Source: Candidatus Latescibacterota bacterium
GTDB taxonomy: Bacteria; Latescibacterota; UBA2968
Length of the DNA: 64,000 bases
Reading direction: 5' to 3'
NCBI GenBank assembly: GCA_965207885.1
Contig: OZ242311.1
Span: 5,056,001 to 5,120,000, forward strand
Positions 9,754 to 19,096 of the stretch are shown here, piece after piece. How positions within the stretch are numbered: the first letter of the stretch is position 1; every line of letters begins with the position of its first letter. The notes beneath the pieces were generated by a model, which worked only from the letters and a program-made list of their open reading frames with translations, was not told the DNA's origin and made no database searches. The position numbers and the translations under genes are program-made.

Positions 9754-11940
9754 ATGACAAAAACCGAACATCCCATACAAACTCTGACCCTCTCCATCAA
9801 AGGCATGAGTTGTGCCGCATGTGTGGCACGGGTTGAAAATGCCCTCAGAACCATCTCCGGCGTCGCAGATGCCCAGGTCAACTTTGCCACCCATCAGGCC
9901 ACGGTTCATCACAAAGCAGTCCTGACAGATGTGCTCCTGAACGCCGTCTCCAATGCCGGCTACGAAGCCTCTCCTCACATTTCCGAAGACGCCGAACAAA
10001 TCGAACGCACAATCGAATATCGCAAGTTGCGTTATCTGTTCACAGTCGCCGCAATCCTCTCTGCACTCATCATGGCAACGGGCATGACCCGCACTCTGTG
10101 GGGTGCAAACATCCCCCCCCATCACATTCACATATTGCTCTTTGCATTGACCACACCAGTACAATTCTTCTGTGGCTGGCATTTTATCAAAGGGGCATGG
10201 GCTGCACTGCGCCATCGCACAGCCGACATGAACAGCCTGGTAGCTGCGGGAACCCTCGCCGCTTATTTTTACAGCACCGCGGTAACCTTTGCCCCACTCG
10301 GTACTCAGAATATCCAGACCTACTTCGACACCTCTGCCATGATCATTACACTCGTCCTGCTCGGTCGTCTGCTCGAAACGCGCGCCAGAGGTCAAACATC
10401 ATCCGCCATCCGAAAACTCCTCGACCTGCGCCCCAAAACCGCCCTCATCGTTCGCGACGGTCGGGATGTTGAAACGCCCGTTGAACACATCCAGGTCGGC
10501 GATCACATTCGCGTTCGGCCCGGTGAAAACATCCCTGTTGATGGCCTCATACAAAATGGACAATCCGCAATTGACGAATCCATGCTCACGGGCGAATCCC
10601 TACCCGTTGACAAACAATCAGGCGACACAGTCACAGGCGGCACGCGCAACACAACCGGTAGTTTTATCTTCCGAGCAACACAGATCGGCGCCGATACAGT
10701 CTTGTCTCAAATCATCGACCTCGTGCGCCGGGCACAGGGGTCCAGAGCACCTATACAACACCTCGCCGACCGCGTCGCCCGCATCTTTGTCCCGATAATC
10801 TTTGCCATCGCCCTGCTGACCTGCGCCCTGTGGTGGATCTTTGACTTTGGGATCGAAACCGCCCTCATCAATGCCGTGGTCGTCCTCATCATCGCATGCC
10901 CTTGTGCAATGGGATTGGCCACCCCCACTGCCATCGCGGTCGGCACAGGACGGGGCGCGCAACTCGGCATCCTCATAAAAGGAGGCGATGTGCTCGAAAA
11001 TGCACACCGCCTCAATGCCATTGTCCTGGACAAAACAGGCACGCTAACAGAGGGCAAACCCACTGTCACCGATATTGTCCCCGCAGAAAATTATCACCGC
11101 GATCACATACTCAAACTCGCAGCCTCTGCAGAAAAAGGATCGGAACACCCTCTCGGCGAAGCCATTGTTCGCGCCGCGCAAGAAGCCAACCTTTCCCTGC
11201 ATCCAACCACAGATTTTGAAGCCAGACCAGGCGTTGGCGTCGCCGCCACAATTGACGGACAGCGCGTCGTGCTCGGCAATCCACGCACCATATCTGACCG
11301 CGCAAAATATCCAGCCGAAAAACTCGAAGCCGAGGGCAAAACCGCCGTATTCGTCACCGTCAATGATCAGCCCGCGGGCCTCATCGCCATTTCAGACAAC
11401 CTGAAAGCCGACGCCGCGCAAGCCGTTCATGACCTCCAGCACCTGAGCCTTGAAGTCTCCCTCGTGACAGGCGACAATGAGCGCACGGCCAAAGCCATTG
11501 GGCAACAGCTCAACATCAATCAGGTCTTTGCCGAAGTTCTACCCCAGGACAAAGCTCACAAAATCGCACAACTCCAGGACCAAAATATAAACGTGGGCAT
11601 GGTTGGCGATGGCATCAACGACGCTCCTGCACTCGCCCAGGCCAATGTCGGCATCGCCCTGAGTTCGGGCACAGACATCGCCATAGAAAGCGCGGGCATG
11701 ATCCTCATGTCGGGCAACCTATCGGCCATAGCCACATCTATCCGGCTATCGCGGCAAACCATGCGCGTCATTCGCCAAAACCTCTTCTGGGCATTTGCCT
11801 ACAACACCCTTCTAATTCCCGTTGCTGCGCTGGGCCTGCTCAATCCCCTGGGTGGTCCCATGCTCGCCGCAGCTGCTATGGCCCTCTCTTCTGTCTCCGT
11901 TGTCACCAATGCCCTGCGCCTAAAGCGATTTTCTCCGTAA
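9754..11940 (+). CDS. copA: Cu(I)-translocating P1B-type ATPase
   Basis: GMSCAAC HMA domain, [33 protein letters not shown] and M..SS Cu+ motifs. Confidence 0.95.
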   Translation: MTKTEHPIQTLTLSIKGMSCAACVARVENALRTISGVADAQVNFATHQATVHHKAVLTDVLLNAVSNAGYEASPHISEDAEQIERTIEYRKLRYLFTVAAILSALIMATGMTRTLWGANIPPHHIHILLFALTTPVQFFCGWHFIKGAWAALRHRTADMNSLVAAGTLAAYFYSTAVTFAPLGTQNIQTYFDTSAMIITLVLLGRLLETRARGQTSSAIRKLLDLRPKTALIVRDGRDVETPVEHIQVGDHIRVRPGENIPVDGLIQNGQSAIDESMLTGESLPVDKQSGDTVTGGTRNTTGSFIFRATQIGADTVLSQIIDLVRRAQGSRAPIQHLADRVARIFVPIIFAIALLTCALWWIFDFGIETALINAVVVLIIACPCAMGLATPTAIAVGTGRGAQLGILIKGGDVLENAHRLNAIVLDKTGTLTEGKPTVTDIVPAENYHRDHILKLAASAEKGSEHPLGEAIVRAAQEANLSLHPTTDFEARPGVGVAATIDGQRVVLGNPRTISDRAKYPAEKLEAEGKTAVFVTVNDQPAGLIAISDNLKADAAQAVHDLQHLSLEVSLVTGDNERTAKAIGQQLNINQVFAEVLPQDKAHKIAQLQDQNINVGMVGDGINDAPALAQANVGIALSSGTDIAIESAGMILMSGNLSAIATSIRLSRQTMRVIRQNLFWAFAYNTLLIPVAALGLLNPLGGPMLAAAAMALSSVSVVTNALRLKRFSP

Positions 11941-11944
11941 TATC

Positions 11945-13399
11945 CTAATACCTCTTCGCGTAATTTAATATCCCGCGAAAAATGCGATCCGCATCTGAAT
12001 CGCGTATCTTGTGAGAACGCAATGCCCATGCTTCGTCTTTATGGTGTACATTGCGTATCTCCACCAGAATTTCTGCCTGCGCCAGATTGCCCCGCAACAC
12101 CGCCAGATTCCGCCCCCCAATTTGAGCGGGCACATCTGGCAGATCGAGTGCCCTTTCCATAATCCGCGCAAATGACCGGGACCGGGAATCGATCTTCCCG
12201 CGCCTGCTCCAATAAATAACCAGAGGACCCTCTGGACGATTGGGAGTGTTGTCTGCATGCAGGGATATAAACAGAGTCTTCCCGCGCCTTGCAAAGAAAC
12301 GGTTGGCTATTTTTACCCTTTGTACAATATTGTCAAGCCCCGGACGCACTGAAAAACTATTTCTTCTGTTGACACTTACATCGTTATAGACTTCGTTTTG
12401 TTCGTGTACAAACGTCCTTGCAGGCGGATTATTTTCCCGAATGAGATGATTTGGACTAATCACCGTCATCTCCACCTCGGCACCTGCAAGCCTCAGTTTT
12501 TGGTACAAACGCAACGCAATATCGTAAACAAATTCGTCTTCGACCACATAAACCGAACGATTATTGCCATCTAAATTGGAAACAATAGCACCCGGGTCGC
12601 GTCCACCGTGCCCCGGGTCGAGCACAATGCGCCAGCCTTTCAATGATCTGCCATCTCGACGCATATCAGAATTAATACTAGCATTGAACACGCCCATCAA
12701 ATTTCGGGCACTCCGATAATCTTCAATCGGCTTTTTGGGGGGCACTTCTCGATATCTCCGACTGCGTTGCACAGCGGCTTTGGGACGAGAAAAATAATAC
12801 GGCCCATTATCCATCGCGATCTTTGTTAACCGAGTCTGTATCTTTAACCTCTGGCCCACATAAATGCGATCCGACCGGATACCATTGCTCCGCTTGAGTT
12901 CGGTCAGGCCCATAGAATATTGTGCGGCAATTTTAGAAAGCGTATCCCCCCTTCTCACCACATAGTCCATTTCTACGTAGCCAGAAGATGGACGGGAGCG
13001 AGCCGATTGAACAGTATAAGAACGCGTGCGAAGCCTTTGTCCGGGATAAATATTATTCGACCTCAACCCATTGATCCGCTTCAGTTCGGTCACACTCATA
13101 GAAAATCGTGCGGCAATTTTAGAAAGCGAATCTCCCCTTCTCACCACGTATTCTACCCCACTGGAGGAGCGCGTGGGAAGCCTTTGTGAGCGAATGAACA
13201 GTCTTTGTCCCGGGTAAATGTGATGCGACTTTAACCCATTGCTCCGCTTGAGTTCGGTCACACTCATGGAAAACTGATCGGCAATTTCCCACAGAGAATC
13301 CCCTCTTTGCACCACATAAGTCTCTGTTAAAGCAGGCGCATGTGCCGCACACGACAAAAGGAAGCAGGCCAATAAAGACACTCGGATATATCGAAGCAT
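11945..13399 (-). CDS. Lipoprotein with three LysM domains and N-acetylmuramoyl-L-alanine amidase (Amidase_3)
   Basis: Lipobox-like LLSC; three YVVxRGDxL..IA..GQRL LysM repeats; LDPGHGGRDPGA, FISLHAD and ILVE amidase motifs. Confidence 0.92.
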   Translation of the reverse strand: MLRYIRVSLLACFLLSCAAHAPALTETYVVQRGDSLWEIADQFSMSVTELKRSNGLKSHHIYPGQRLFIRSQRLPTRSSSGVEYVVRRGDSLSKIAARFSMSVTELKRINGLRSNNIYPGQRLRTRSYTVQSARSRPSSGYVEMDYVVRRGDTLSKIAAQYSMGLTELKRSNGIRSDRIYVGQRLKIQTRLTKIAMDNGPYYFSRPKAAVQRSRRYREVPPKKPIEDYRSARNLMGVFNASINSDMRRDGRSLKGWRIVLDPGHGGRDPGAIVSNLDGNNRSVYVVEDEFVYDIALRLYQKLRLAGAEVEMTVISPNHLIRENNPPARTFVHEQNEVYNDVSVNRRNSFSVRPGLDNIVQRVKIANRFFARRGKTLFISLHADNTPNRPEGPLVIYWSRRGKIDSRSRSFARIMERALDLPDVPAQIGGRNLAVLRGNLAQAEILVEIRNVHHKDEAWALRSHKIRDSDADRIFRGILNYAKRY

Positions 13400-13520
13400 A
13401 AAAAACTCAGTATATAGAGTGAAAAAGTGATGACATTTGAAACCGACTTGCGAAAAACCGATAGATAATAGACCTTTTAGAAAAAAAAGACAAGATATGA
13501 CTCTCTAAAAATGGAAAATT

Positions 13521-13557
13521 TGGTCTCTTTCGCCAGCACACATGGCGATTTTTACCA
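13521..13557. promoter_or_regulatory. Candidate paired enhancer (UAS) sites for a sigma-54 activator
   Basis: TGGTCTCTTTCGCCA (13521-35) and TGGCGATTTTTACCA (13543-57): two TGG-N9-CCA boxes in inverted arrangement, 22 bp apart, about 110-130 bp upstream of the predicted sigma-54 start. Confidence 0.5.
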
Positions 13558-13632
13558 ACTTTATCAATCCACCCCATTTCTCAAAAACATCTATGTATAT
13601 AAAAAACAACATTTAAGATCACATCGCACTCA

Positions 13633-13648
13633 TGGCATAGACTTTGCA
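13633..13648 (+). promoter_or_regulatory. Sigma-54 (-24/-12) promoter of pspA
   Basis: TGGCATAGACTTTGCA matches TGGCAC-N5-TTGCW with exact GG-N10-GC spacing, 70 bp upstream of pspA. Confidence 0.85.
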
Positions 13649-13717
13649 TAAAAAGAGTGCGACAACAAAAAACATCAGAATCCCCATAAATGCAGCACCT
13701 TGTGAAAGGAGAAGATC

Positions 13718-14395
13718 ATGGCACGCGGAATTTTTTACAGAATGGCCGACATCGTCAAAGCCAACGTCAACGACCTGATCACCCGCGCAGAAGACCCGGA
13801 AAAAATGATCCGCCAGATGATTCTGGAAATGGAAGAAGCCGTCAACAAAGCCACAGCCTCAGTCGGCACGGCTGTAGCCAATGAAAAACGCCTGGAAAGA
13901 CAATATCTCGAAAAACAAGATCAAATCGAAGCATGGCAAAAAAAAGCCGAATTAGCCGTTGAAGCTGGCGAAGACGACCTTGCACGCCGCGCCCTCGAGC
14001 GCAAAGCTGCAAATCAGGAAGCCACGCACGACCTTGAAGTCGCCCTCGAAGAAAGCCGTAAAACCTCGTCCCAACTCAAACAACAACTCACCCAACTCAA
14101 AGCCAAACTCGACGAAGCCCGCACCCGCCAGGGCACCCTGATTGCTCGCCGCCGTGCAGCCGAAGCCCGCAAGCAAATCGCCAGGGGCCTCTCAGGAGTG
14201 GGTGAAGATGCTTTTTCGAGCTTTGAACGATTCCGTCAGCGCATCGAATCCGAAGAAGCAGAAGCAGAAGCCCATCAAGAAATGGCGAGTGCCGACCCCT
14301 CTCTGGAAGAAGAATTTTCCAAACTCGAGCGCAAAAGCACAGTAGAAGACGAACTCAGTGCGCTAAAAAAGAAAATGGGACAAAAAGATGCGTGA
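13718..14395 (+). CDS. pspA: Phage shock protein A (PspA/IM30)
   Basis: GIFYRMADIVKANVNDLI..AEDPEKMIRQMILEME, A..A..AG.DDLARRAL, FERF..RI, VEDELSALK; RBS AAGGAG. Confidence 0.95.
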   Translation: MARGIFYRMADIVKANVNDLITRAEDPEKMIRQMILEMEEAVNKATASVGTAVANEKRLERQYLEKQDQIEAWQKKAELAVEAGEDDLARRALERKAANQEATHDLEVALEESRKTSSQLKQQLTQLKAKLDEARTRQGTLIARRRAAEARKQIARGLSGVGEDAFSSFERFRQRIESEEAEAEAHQEMASADPSLEEEFSKLERKSTVEDELSALKKKMGQKDA

Positions 14396-15056
14396 CCTGG
14401 AAAAACTCGCCGATGAAATCGCCAGCAAAATTGACCGCGCGGTCAACGACGCGGAGCGAAAAATAAAAAAGAAATGGAAGGGAAATTGGGAGGCGCGCGT
14501 TCACAGTGCGAGCAGCGATTTCCAAACCGCAACCAATTCATTTAAGCGCGTGCCCGACCGCCTCTCTGACCTCGCCACCGATGGGAGTTGTGCCATGCGT
14601 TATCTCTTCGCTTATGGCTTAATAGGAATGGCTGCACTTATGGGATTTTGCGGCCTCATGCTCGTACTCATTACACTGGTAGAACATCCCCCCTGGGCAG
14701 ACACAAACCCATTCAGGCACGAAGAACTCAGTGCTGGCCTCTTTATAATCGTATTCTCTCAACTTATATGGTGGGCAGGTCGCAGGATCAAAAGATCGGG
14801 AGACAAAAAAGCACATGCCAAAAATCAGCACCGCATACTCCGTCTCGCCCGGGAAAAAGGGGGCAGCCTCACCGTGACAGAAGCCGCCATGGACACCAGA
14901 ATAACAGTTGAAAAAACCGAAGAAATCCTGCGGGAATTAACCATAAGTGGTCATGCGGAAATGCGAATCTCAGATTCCGGGCTGGTCGTTTACCATTTTC
15001 CGGAAATCGAACGCTGGGATGAAAAACACCGCGCGAGACCCGTGGATGAACTCTAA
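14388..15056 (+). CDS. Membrane protein: N-terminal coiled coil, two TM helices, C-terminal winged-helix-like domain
   Basis: Overlaps the pspA stop; two hydrophobic segments; ILRLAREKGGSLTVTEAAMDTRITVEKTEEILREL..GLVVYHF has a wHTH pattern. Confidence 0.75.
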   Translation: MRDLEKLADEIASKIDRAVNDAERKIKKKWKGNWEARVHSASSDFQTATNSFKRVPDRLSDLATDGSCAMRYLFAYGLIGMAALMGFCGLMLVLITLVEHPPWADTNPFRHEELSAGLFIIVFSQLIWWAGRRIKRSGDKKAHAKNQHRILRLAREKGGSLTVTEAAMDTRITVEKTEEILRELTISGHAEMRISDSGLVVYHFPEIERWDEKHRARPVDEL

Positions 15057-15077
15057 TGTGTGTGGGAGGACAAAATA

Positions 15078-15275
15078 ATGTTTGAAATTGGAATCATGGT
15101 AGCAATAATCATTCTCGCATCAGCGGCATACAAATACGTTGAGCGCCGAACCCGAGGATCCGTCCCCAGCGATGCAGAAGAACGTATAAACGCCAGAATG
15201 GACGAACTCGACCGCAGGCTCACAGATATTCAGGACGTCATGATCACCATCGACGAAAAACTCAGCAGGAGATAA
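15078..15275 (+). CDS. Small PspB-like membrane protein (one TM plus coiled coil), copy 1
   Basis: RBS GGAGGA before ATG 15078; TM followed by RMDELDRRLTDIQDVMITIDEK. Confidence 0.7.
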   Translation: MFEIGIMVAIIILASAAYKYVERRTRGSVPSDAEERINARMDELDRRLTDIQDVMITIDEKLSRR

Positions 15276-15286
15276 GGAGGGGTAAA

Positions 15287-15520
15287 ATGACTAATGTTAT
15301 CGGTGTCACAGTTGGTGGCATATTGATGATCATAATTGTAGGAGCCATTGCATCAGCAGTACACAAATACATTGATCGTCGCACCAAAGGATCCATCCCC
15401 AGCGATGCGGAAAAACGCTTGAATGAGCGAATGGACGAACTCGACCGCAGGCTCACGGACATTCAGGACATCCTCATCACCATTGACGAAAAATTCGACC
15501 GGTCACCCATCACGCGCTAA
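15287..15520 (+). CDS. Small PspB-like membrane protein, copy 2
   Basis: RBS AAGGAGG; near-identical C-terminus RMDELDRRLTDIQDILITIDEK; DNA-level similarity to copy 1. Confidence 0.75.
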   Translation: MTNVIGVTVGGILMIIIVGAIASAVHKYIDRRTKGSIPSDAEKRLNERMDELDRRLTDIQDILITIDEKFDRSPITR

Positions 15521-15543
15521 TTTAAACTAACAGGGAGGACACC

Positions 15544-15906
15544 ATGCGTATCTTTCTTACAATCGTAGTTGGTATTAGCTTGATGACTCTTGCAAGCGGT
15601 ACAGTCGCCTATATTCTCCATGACCCAACATTTGGAGGAGGTCTCGTCCTTGCAGCAGCTTGGGGTGCTATGGCGTTCATTACCTTTTTTGCCATCACAT
15701 TCACATTTGGATCAGAACAAGAAGAAAGAAACAGATCGACAAAAAACAACAACCTGTCTGAAAAACTTTCAAAACGCGTGAAAGAACTCGAAAAACGCCT
15801 CATCGACCTTCAAGACATCGTCATCACCAACGACGATAAACTCGAGCGTCTTAACAACCAATCATCCGTTGCGCCATCTCCACCTCCGCGGACCATCTCG
15901 GATTGA
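15544..15906 (+). CDS. PspB-like membrane protein with two TM helices, copy 3
   Basis: RBS GGAGG; C-terminal RVKELEKRLIDLQDIVITNDDK is the same motif as copies 1 and 2. Confidence 0.7.
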   Translation: MRIFLTIVVGISLMTLASGTVAYILHDPTFGGGLVLAAAWGAMAFITFFAITFTFGSEQEERNRSTKNNNLSEKLSKRVKELEKRLIDLQDIVITNDDKLERLNNQSSVAPSPPPRTISD

Positions 15907-15942
15907 TGGACAGCCTCACACCTCCTGAAAAAAGGACACCCC

Positions 15943-16113
15943 ATGTTGGCAAAACTCATCGGCATCGTGCTCATCATAATCGGCGGCATTTTCGCCATCC
16001 AGGTTCTCTTTCCGCTCATCGGCTCTCTATTTGAGCTAATCTTTCTCCTGCTCAAACTCGCCATCGCCGTTATATGTATTGGGATCGGTTATCGCTTGAT
16101 CAAAAGAGACTGA
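15943..16113 (+). CDS. 56-aa two-TM hydrophobic protein (PspG-like size and topology)
   Basis: Manual translation MLAKLIGIVLIIIGGIFAIQVLFPLIGSLFELIFLLLKLAIAVICIGIGYRLIKRD with AAAGGA RBS; below the ORF-track cutoff. Confidence 0.75.
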   Translation: MLAKLIGIVLIIIGGIFAIQVLFPLIGSLFELIFLLLKLAIAVICIGIGYRLIKRD

Positions 16114-16171
16114 CGGAAAAATCCGTCTTGTCACAAACAAAAGAATAGTAATAAACGAATTACCTTAACGA

Positions 16172-16762
16172 ATGGAGAAAAAAGTGAAAACACAGGATCA
16201 AAACCTGATTCGCGCATCCCTCTCGGGTGACCGCCGGGCATTTGAAACGCTCTACCACAAATATCAAAGTCAGATCTACGGCACCCTCGCACAGCGCATT
16301 TCAGACCGCGACACCATTGACGACCTGATGCAAGACACATTTTTTCGCGCCTATCGCTCGCTCCACACATTCAAAGGCCAGGCGGCATTTTCGACCTGGC
16401 TCACGCAAATTGCCCTCAATGTCTATCGCTCGTACCTGCGCTCGCAGCAAGTGCGGCAAAACTGGGTCTATCAAACCGAAGACCCCGAAGTCGTACACAA
16501 CGTCCTCCGCGACCTCATACCCGGCGCGCTACCAGACCAGATTGTAGAAAAACGCGAACGCATACAATTGGTCCACAAAAGCATACAAAACTTGCCCGAA
16601 CGCTATCGCAAAGCCATGTGGCTGCGCTACGTCATGGACTGGTCCTACGAAGAAATCACACAGGCGCTTCGCGTTCCGCTTGGAACCGTAAAAACCTGGC
16701 TGTGCCGCGCCCGCCGCCAACTCAAAAGCGAATTTCGCAAACTCGGTTTACAACCCGGATAA
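16172..16762 (+). CDS. ECF sigma factor (RpoE/SigW-like)
   Basis: GDRRAFETLY, DLMQDTFFRAY..F.GQAAFSTWL..IA.N, SYEEI..L.VPLGTVKTWL.RAR. Confidence 0.93.
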   Translation: MEKKVKTQDQNLIRASLSGDRRAFETLYHKYQSQIYGTLAQRISDRDTIDDLMQDTFFRAYRSLHTFKGQAAFSTWLTQIALNVYRSYLRSQQVRQNWVYQTEDPEVVHNVLRDLIPGALPDQIVEKRERIQLVHKSIQNLPERYRKAMWLRYVMDWSYEEITQALRVPLGTVKTWLCRARRQLKSEFRKLGLQPG

Positions 16763-16862
16763 GAAATAACTCTTGCTTTTCGTCCCTTGCATGGACAAAT
16801 TTAGGAACGTAAAGATCCGTTGATGGAACGCGCAACTCTCGGTCCGATTTCTGGAGGTTAAC

Positions 16863-17465
16863 ATGCAGGCATGGTGGTCAGAACTCGCGCCTCTCACTCA
16901 GGTATTCTATGGCTGTGCCGTCTTCTTCACCCTTTTGTTTCTCTGGCAATTTATCACGACACTCATGGGCCTGGGTGATTCCGCGGACGTCATGGACCAT
17001 GACAGCTTCAATGCCAACGATGCGGGGCCAGATGTCGATAATAGTCCTTATGATCACGGTACCGCCACCTTTCAACTGCTCTCACTGCGCTCTGTGATCG
17101 CCTTTGGCATGCTCTTTGGATGGGCAGGCGCACTCTATCTCGACTCGGGACATTCAACCGAAGATTCGGTTCTTCGCGGCCTCATATGGGGCGGCGCGGG
17201 GATGGTCCTGGTTGCATATTTCTTCTACAAAGTGCAACAACTCTCCGAATCGCATAACCGAAACCTATCGTCCTGCATCGGCAATGAAGGCGAAGTCTAT
17301 ATCGACATTCCCGAAAATGGCGCCGGTCAAATCCGCGTGATGGAAAGCGGGGCTGTCAACTACATCTCTGCGCGCAGCAGAGACGGGCAACCCATCCAGA
17401 ACAAAACGCCGGTTCGCGTACTGCGAACACTCGACATAACCACAGTTGAAGTCGAACCCATTTAA
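16863..17465 (+). CDS. NfeD-like (YuaF-type) membrane protein
   Basis: N-terminal TM helices, C-terminal OB-fold pattern IGNEGEVYIDIPENGAGQIRV; immediately upstream of flotillin. Confidence 0.85.
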   Translation: MQAWWSELAPLTQVFYGCAVFFTLLFLWQFITTLMGLGDSADVMDHDSFNANDAGPDVDNSPYDHGTATFQLLSLRSVIAFGMLFGWAGALYLDSGHSTEDSVLRGLIWGGAGMVLVAYFFYKVQQLSESHNRNLSSCIGNEGEVYIDIPENGAGQIRVMESGAVNYISARSRDGQPIQNKTPVRVLRTLDITTVEVEPI

Positions 17466-17487
17466 TCCTGAACTTAAAGGAGGGACA

Positions 17488-19074
17488 ATGCCCACCGAAT
17501 TCATTCTCACCGTACTCCTGGCAGCCGTTGTACTTCTGCTATTCCTCACATTCATCTCGCGTTACAAGCGCTGTCCATCCAACAAAATCCTCGTCATCTA
17601 CGGAAAAACGGGAGGTGGCACAGCCGCAAAATGTGTACACGGCGGCGCAGCTTTTGTCCTGCCCTTATTGCAGGCCTACGACTACCTCGACCTCGAACCC
17701 TTTGTCGTACCCATTGACCTGGACAACGCGCTTTCACAGGAGAACATCCGCGTATCCGTCCCCACCACAGTCACAGCAGCCATCTCTAATCAGCCCGGCG
17801 TCATGCAAAACGCGGCCATCCGCCTTTTGGGCCTGTCCCGCGATCAAGTTCAGAGCCAGGCACAGGACATCATCCTCGGCCAGATGCGCGCAGTCATTGC
17901 AACCATGCAAATTGAAGAAATCAATCAGGACCGACAGGCATTCATGACCAAAGTAAATGATGCCGTCTCCACTGAAATGGAAAAAATTGGTCTGGCCGTT
18001 ATCAACGTCAACATCAAAGACCTCGACGACGAAAGCGGCTACATCAAAGCCATCGGTCAAAAAGCAGCAGCCGAAGCCGTGAACCAGGCATCTATCGACG
18101 TGGCCGAACAAGAACGACACGGACAGGTCGGCGTGGCCGAACGCGCACGCGACCGCCGTCGGGATGTCGCCGCAGCCGAATCAGAAGCCGAAGTTGGCGA
18201 AGCAGAAGCCGCGCGAAACAGACGGCGACAGGTCGCCGCACTTGAATCAGAAGCTGAAATCGGCGAATCAGAGGCCGCGCGAGATAGACGACGACAAGTT
18301 GCCGCACTCGAATCAGAAGCCGAAATTGGCGAAGCACAGGCCGGGCGAGACAAACGCCAAAATGTCGCCGCTCTCGAAGCAGAAGCCGTACAATCAGAAA
18401 CAGAAGCAGAAGCAAAAACAGCGGGCTATCGCGCGGGACAACGCGTTGCAGAAGAAGAAGCGCGCAGAAAATCAGAAGAAGCGACCAAAGCCACAGACGG
18501 TGCCATTCGCGTTGCCCAGGAAACCGCTGAAAAAGCAGCCGAAGACGCCCGAGCACTGCGCGAAGAAGCGCGCTTACGCGCAGAAATCGTCGTCCAGGCA
18601 GAAGCCGAAAAACAGCGCCAGGTCGTTCAAGCAGAAGCCGAAAAAGAACAGCTACGGCTTATTGCCGAAGGTGAAGCCGCCGCTATCCTCGCACAAAAAC
18701 AGGCCGAAGCCGAAGGGACTCAGGCCATTCTCAACGCCAAAGCCGAAGGATACAGACAACTCGTTGAAGCCTGTGGCAGCAACGACCAGGCAGCAGCAGC
18801 CTTTCTGATCATCGAACGCCTCACCGAAGTCGCCAACATCCAGGCCGAGGCCATTAGCAACTTGCCCATCGACAAAGTGATGGTCTGGGACAGCGGCAAT
18901 GGCGAGAGTGGCATGTCCAACCTGGGACAACGCCTCATGGGTGCCATACCGCCCATGCACGATCTGGCGCGCCTGGCCGGGCTTGAATTACCCGAATTTT
19001 TGGGCAAAATGAACGGCGAACAAACGGCAGGGGAAAACGGCAAATCCGACACCTCAGAAGACGCAGAGGCGTAG
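17488..19074 (+). CDS. Flotillin/SPFH-domain protein (FloT-like)
   Basis: TM, RYKRCPSNKILVIYG, SPFH domain (GQMRAVIATM.IEEIN.DR..F), EA-rich coiled coil; RBS AAGGAGG before ATG 17488. Confidence 0.93.
   Translation: MPTEFILTVLLAAVVLLLFLTFISRYKRCPSNKILVIYGKTGGGTAAKCVHGGAAFVLPLLQAYDYLDLEPFVVPIDLDNALSQENIRVSVPTTVTAAISNQPGVMQNAAIRLLGLSRDQVQSQAQDIILGQMRAVIATMQIEEINQDRQAFMTKVNDAVSTEMEKIGLAVINVNIKDLDDESGYIKAIGQKAAAEAVNQASIDVAEQERHGQVGVAERARDRRRDVAAAESEAEVGEAEAARNRRRQVAALESEAEIGESEAARDRRRQVAALESEAEIGEAQAGRDKRQNVAALEAEAVQSETEAEAKTAGYRAGQRVAEEEARRKSEEATKATDGAIRVAQETAEKAAEDARALREEARLRAEIVVQAEAEKQRQVVQAEAEKEQLRLIAEGEAAAILAQKQAEAEGTQAILNAKAEGYRQLVEACGSNDQAAAAFLIIERLTEVANIQAEAISNLPIDKVMVWDSGNGESGMSNLGQRLMGAIPPMHDLARLAGLELPEFLGKMNGEQTAGENGKSDTSEDAEA
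18148..18390 (+). repeat. About 3.7 copies of a 66-bp (22-aa) tandem repeat within flotillin
   Basis: RDRRRDVAAAESEAEVGEAEAA / RNRRRQVAALESEAEIGESEAA / RDRRRQVAALESEAEIGEAQAG / RDKRQNVAALEAEAV. Confidence 0.85.
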
Positions 19075-19096
19075 GCGACAACGCGCAAGTACAGCC

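Noticed and set aside
12840-13320. Three DNA repeats of about 150 bp as a non-coding repeat or mobile element
   Set aside because: Fully explained by the three LysM domains of the amidase.
16803-16850. ECF promoter (GGAAC..CG) upstream of nfeD
   Set aside because: Two GGAAC motifs are present but -10 spacing and sequence are unconvincing.
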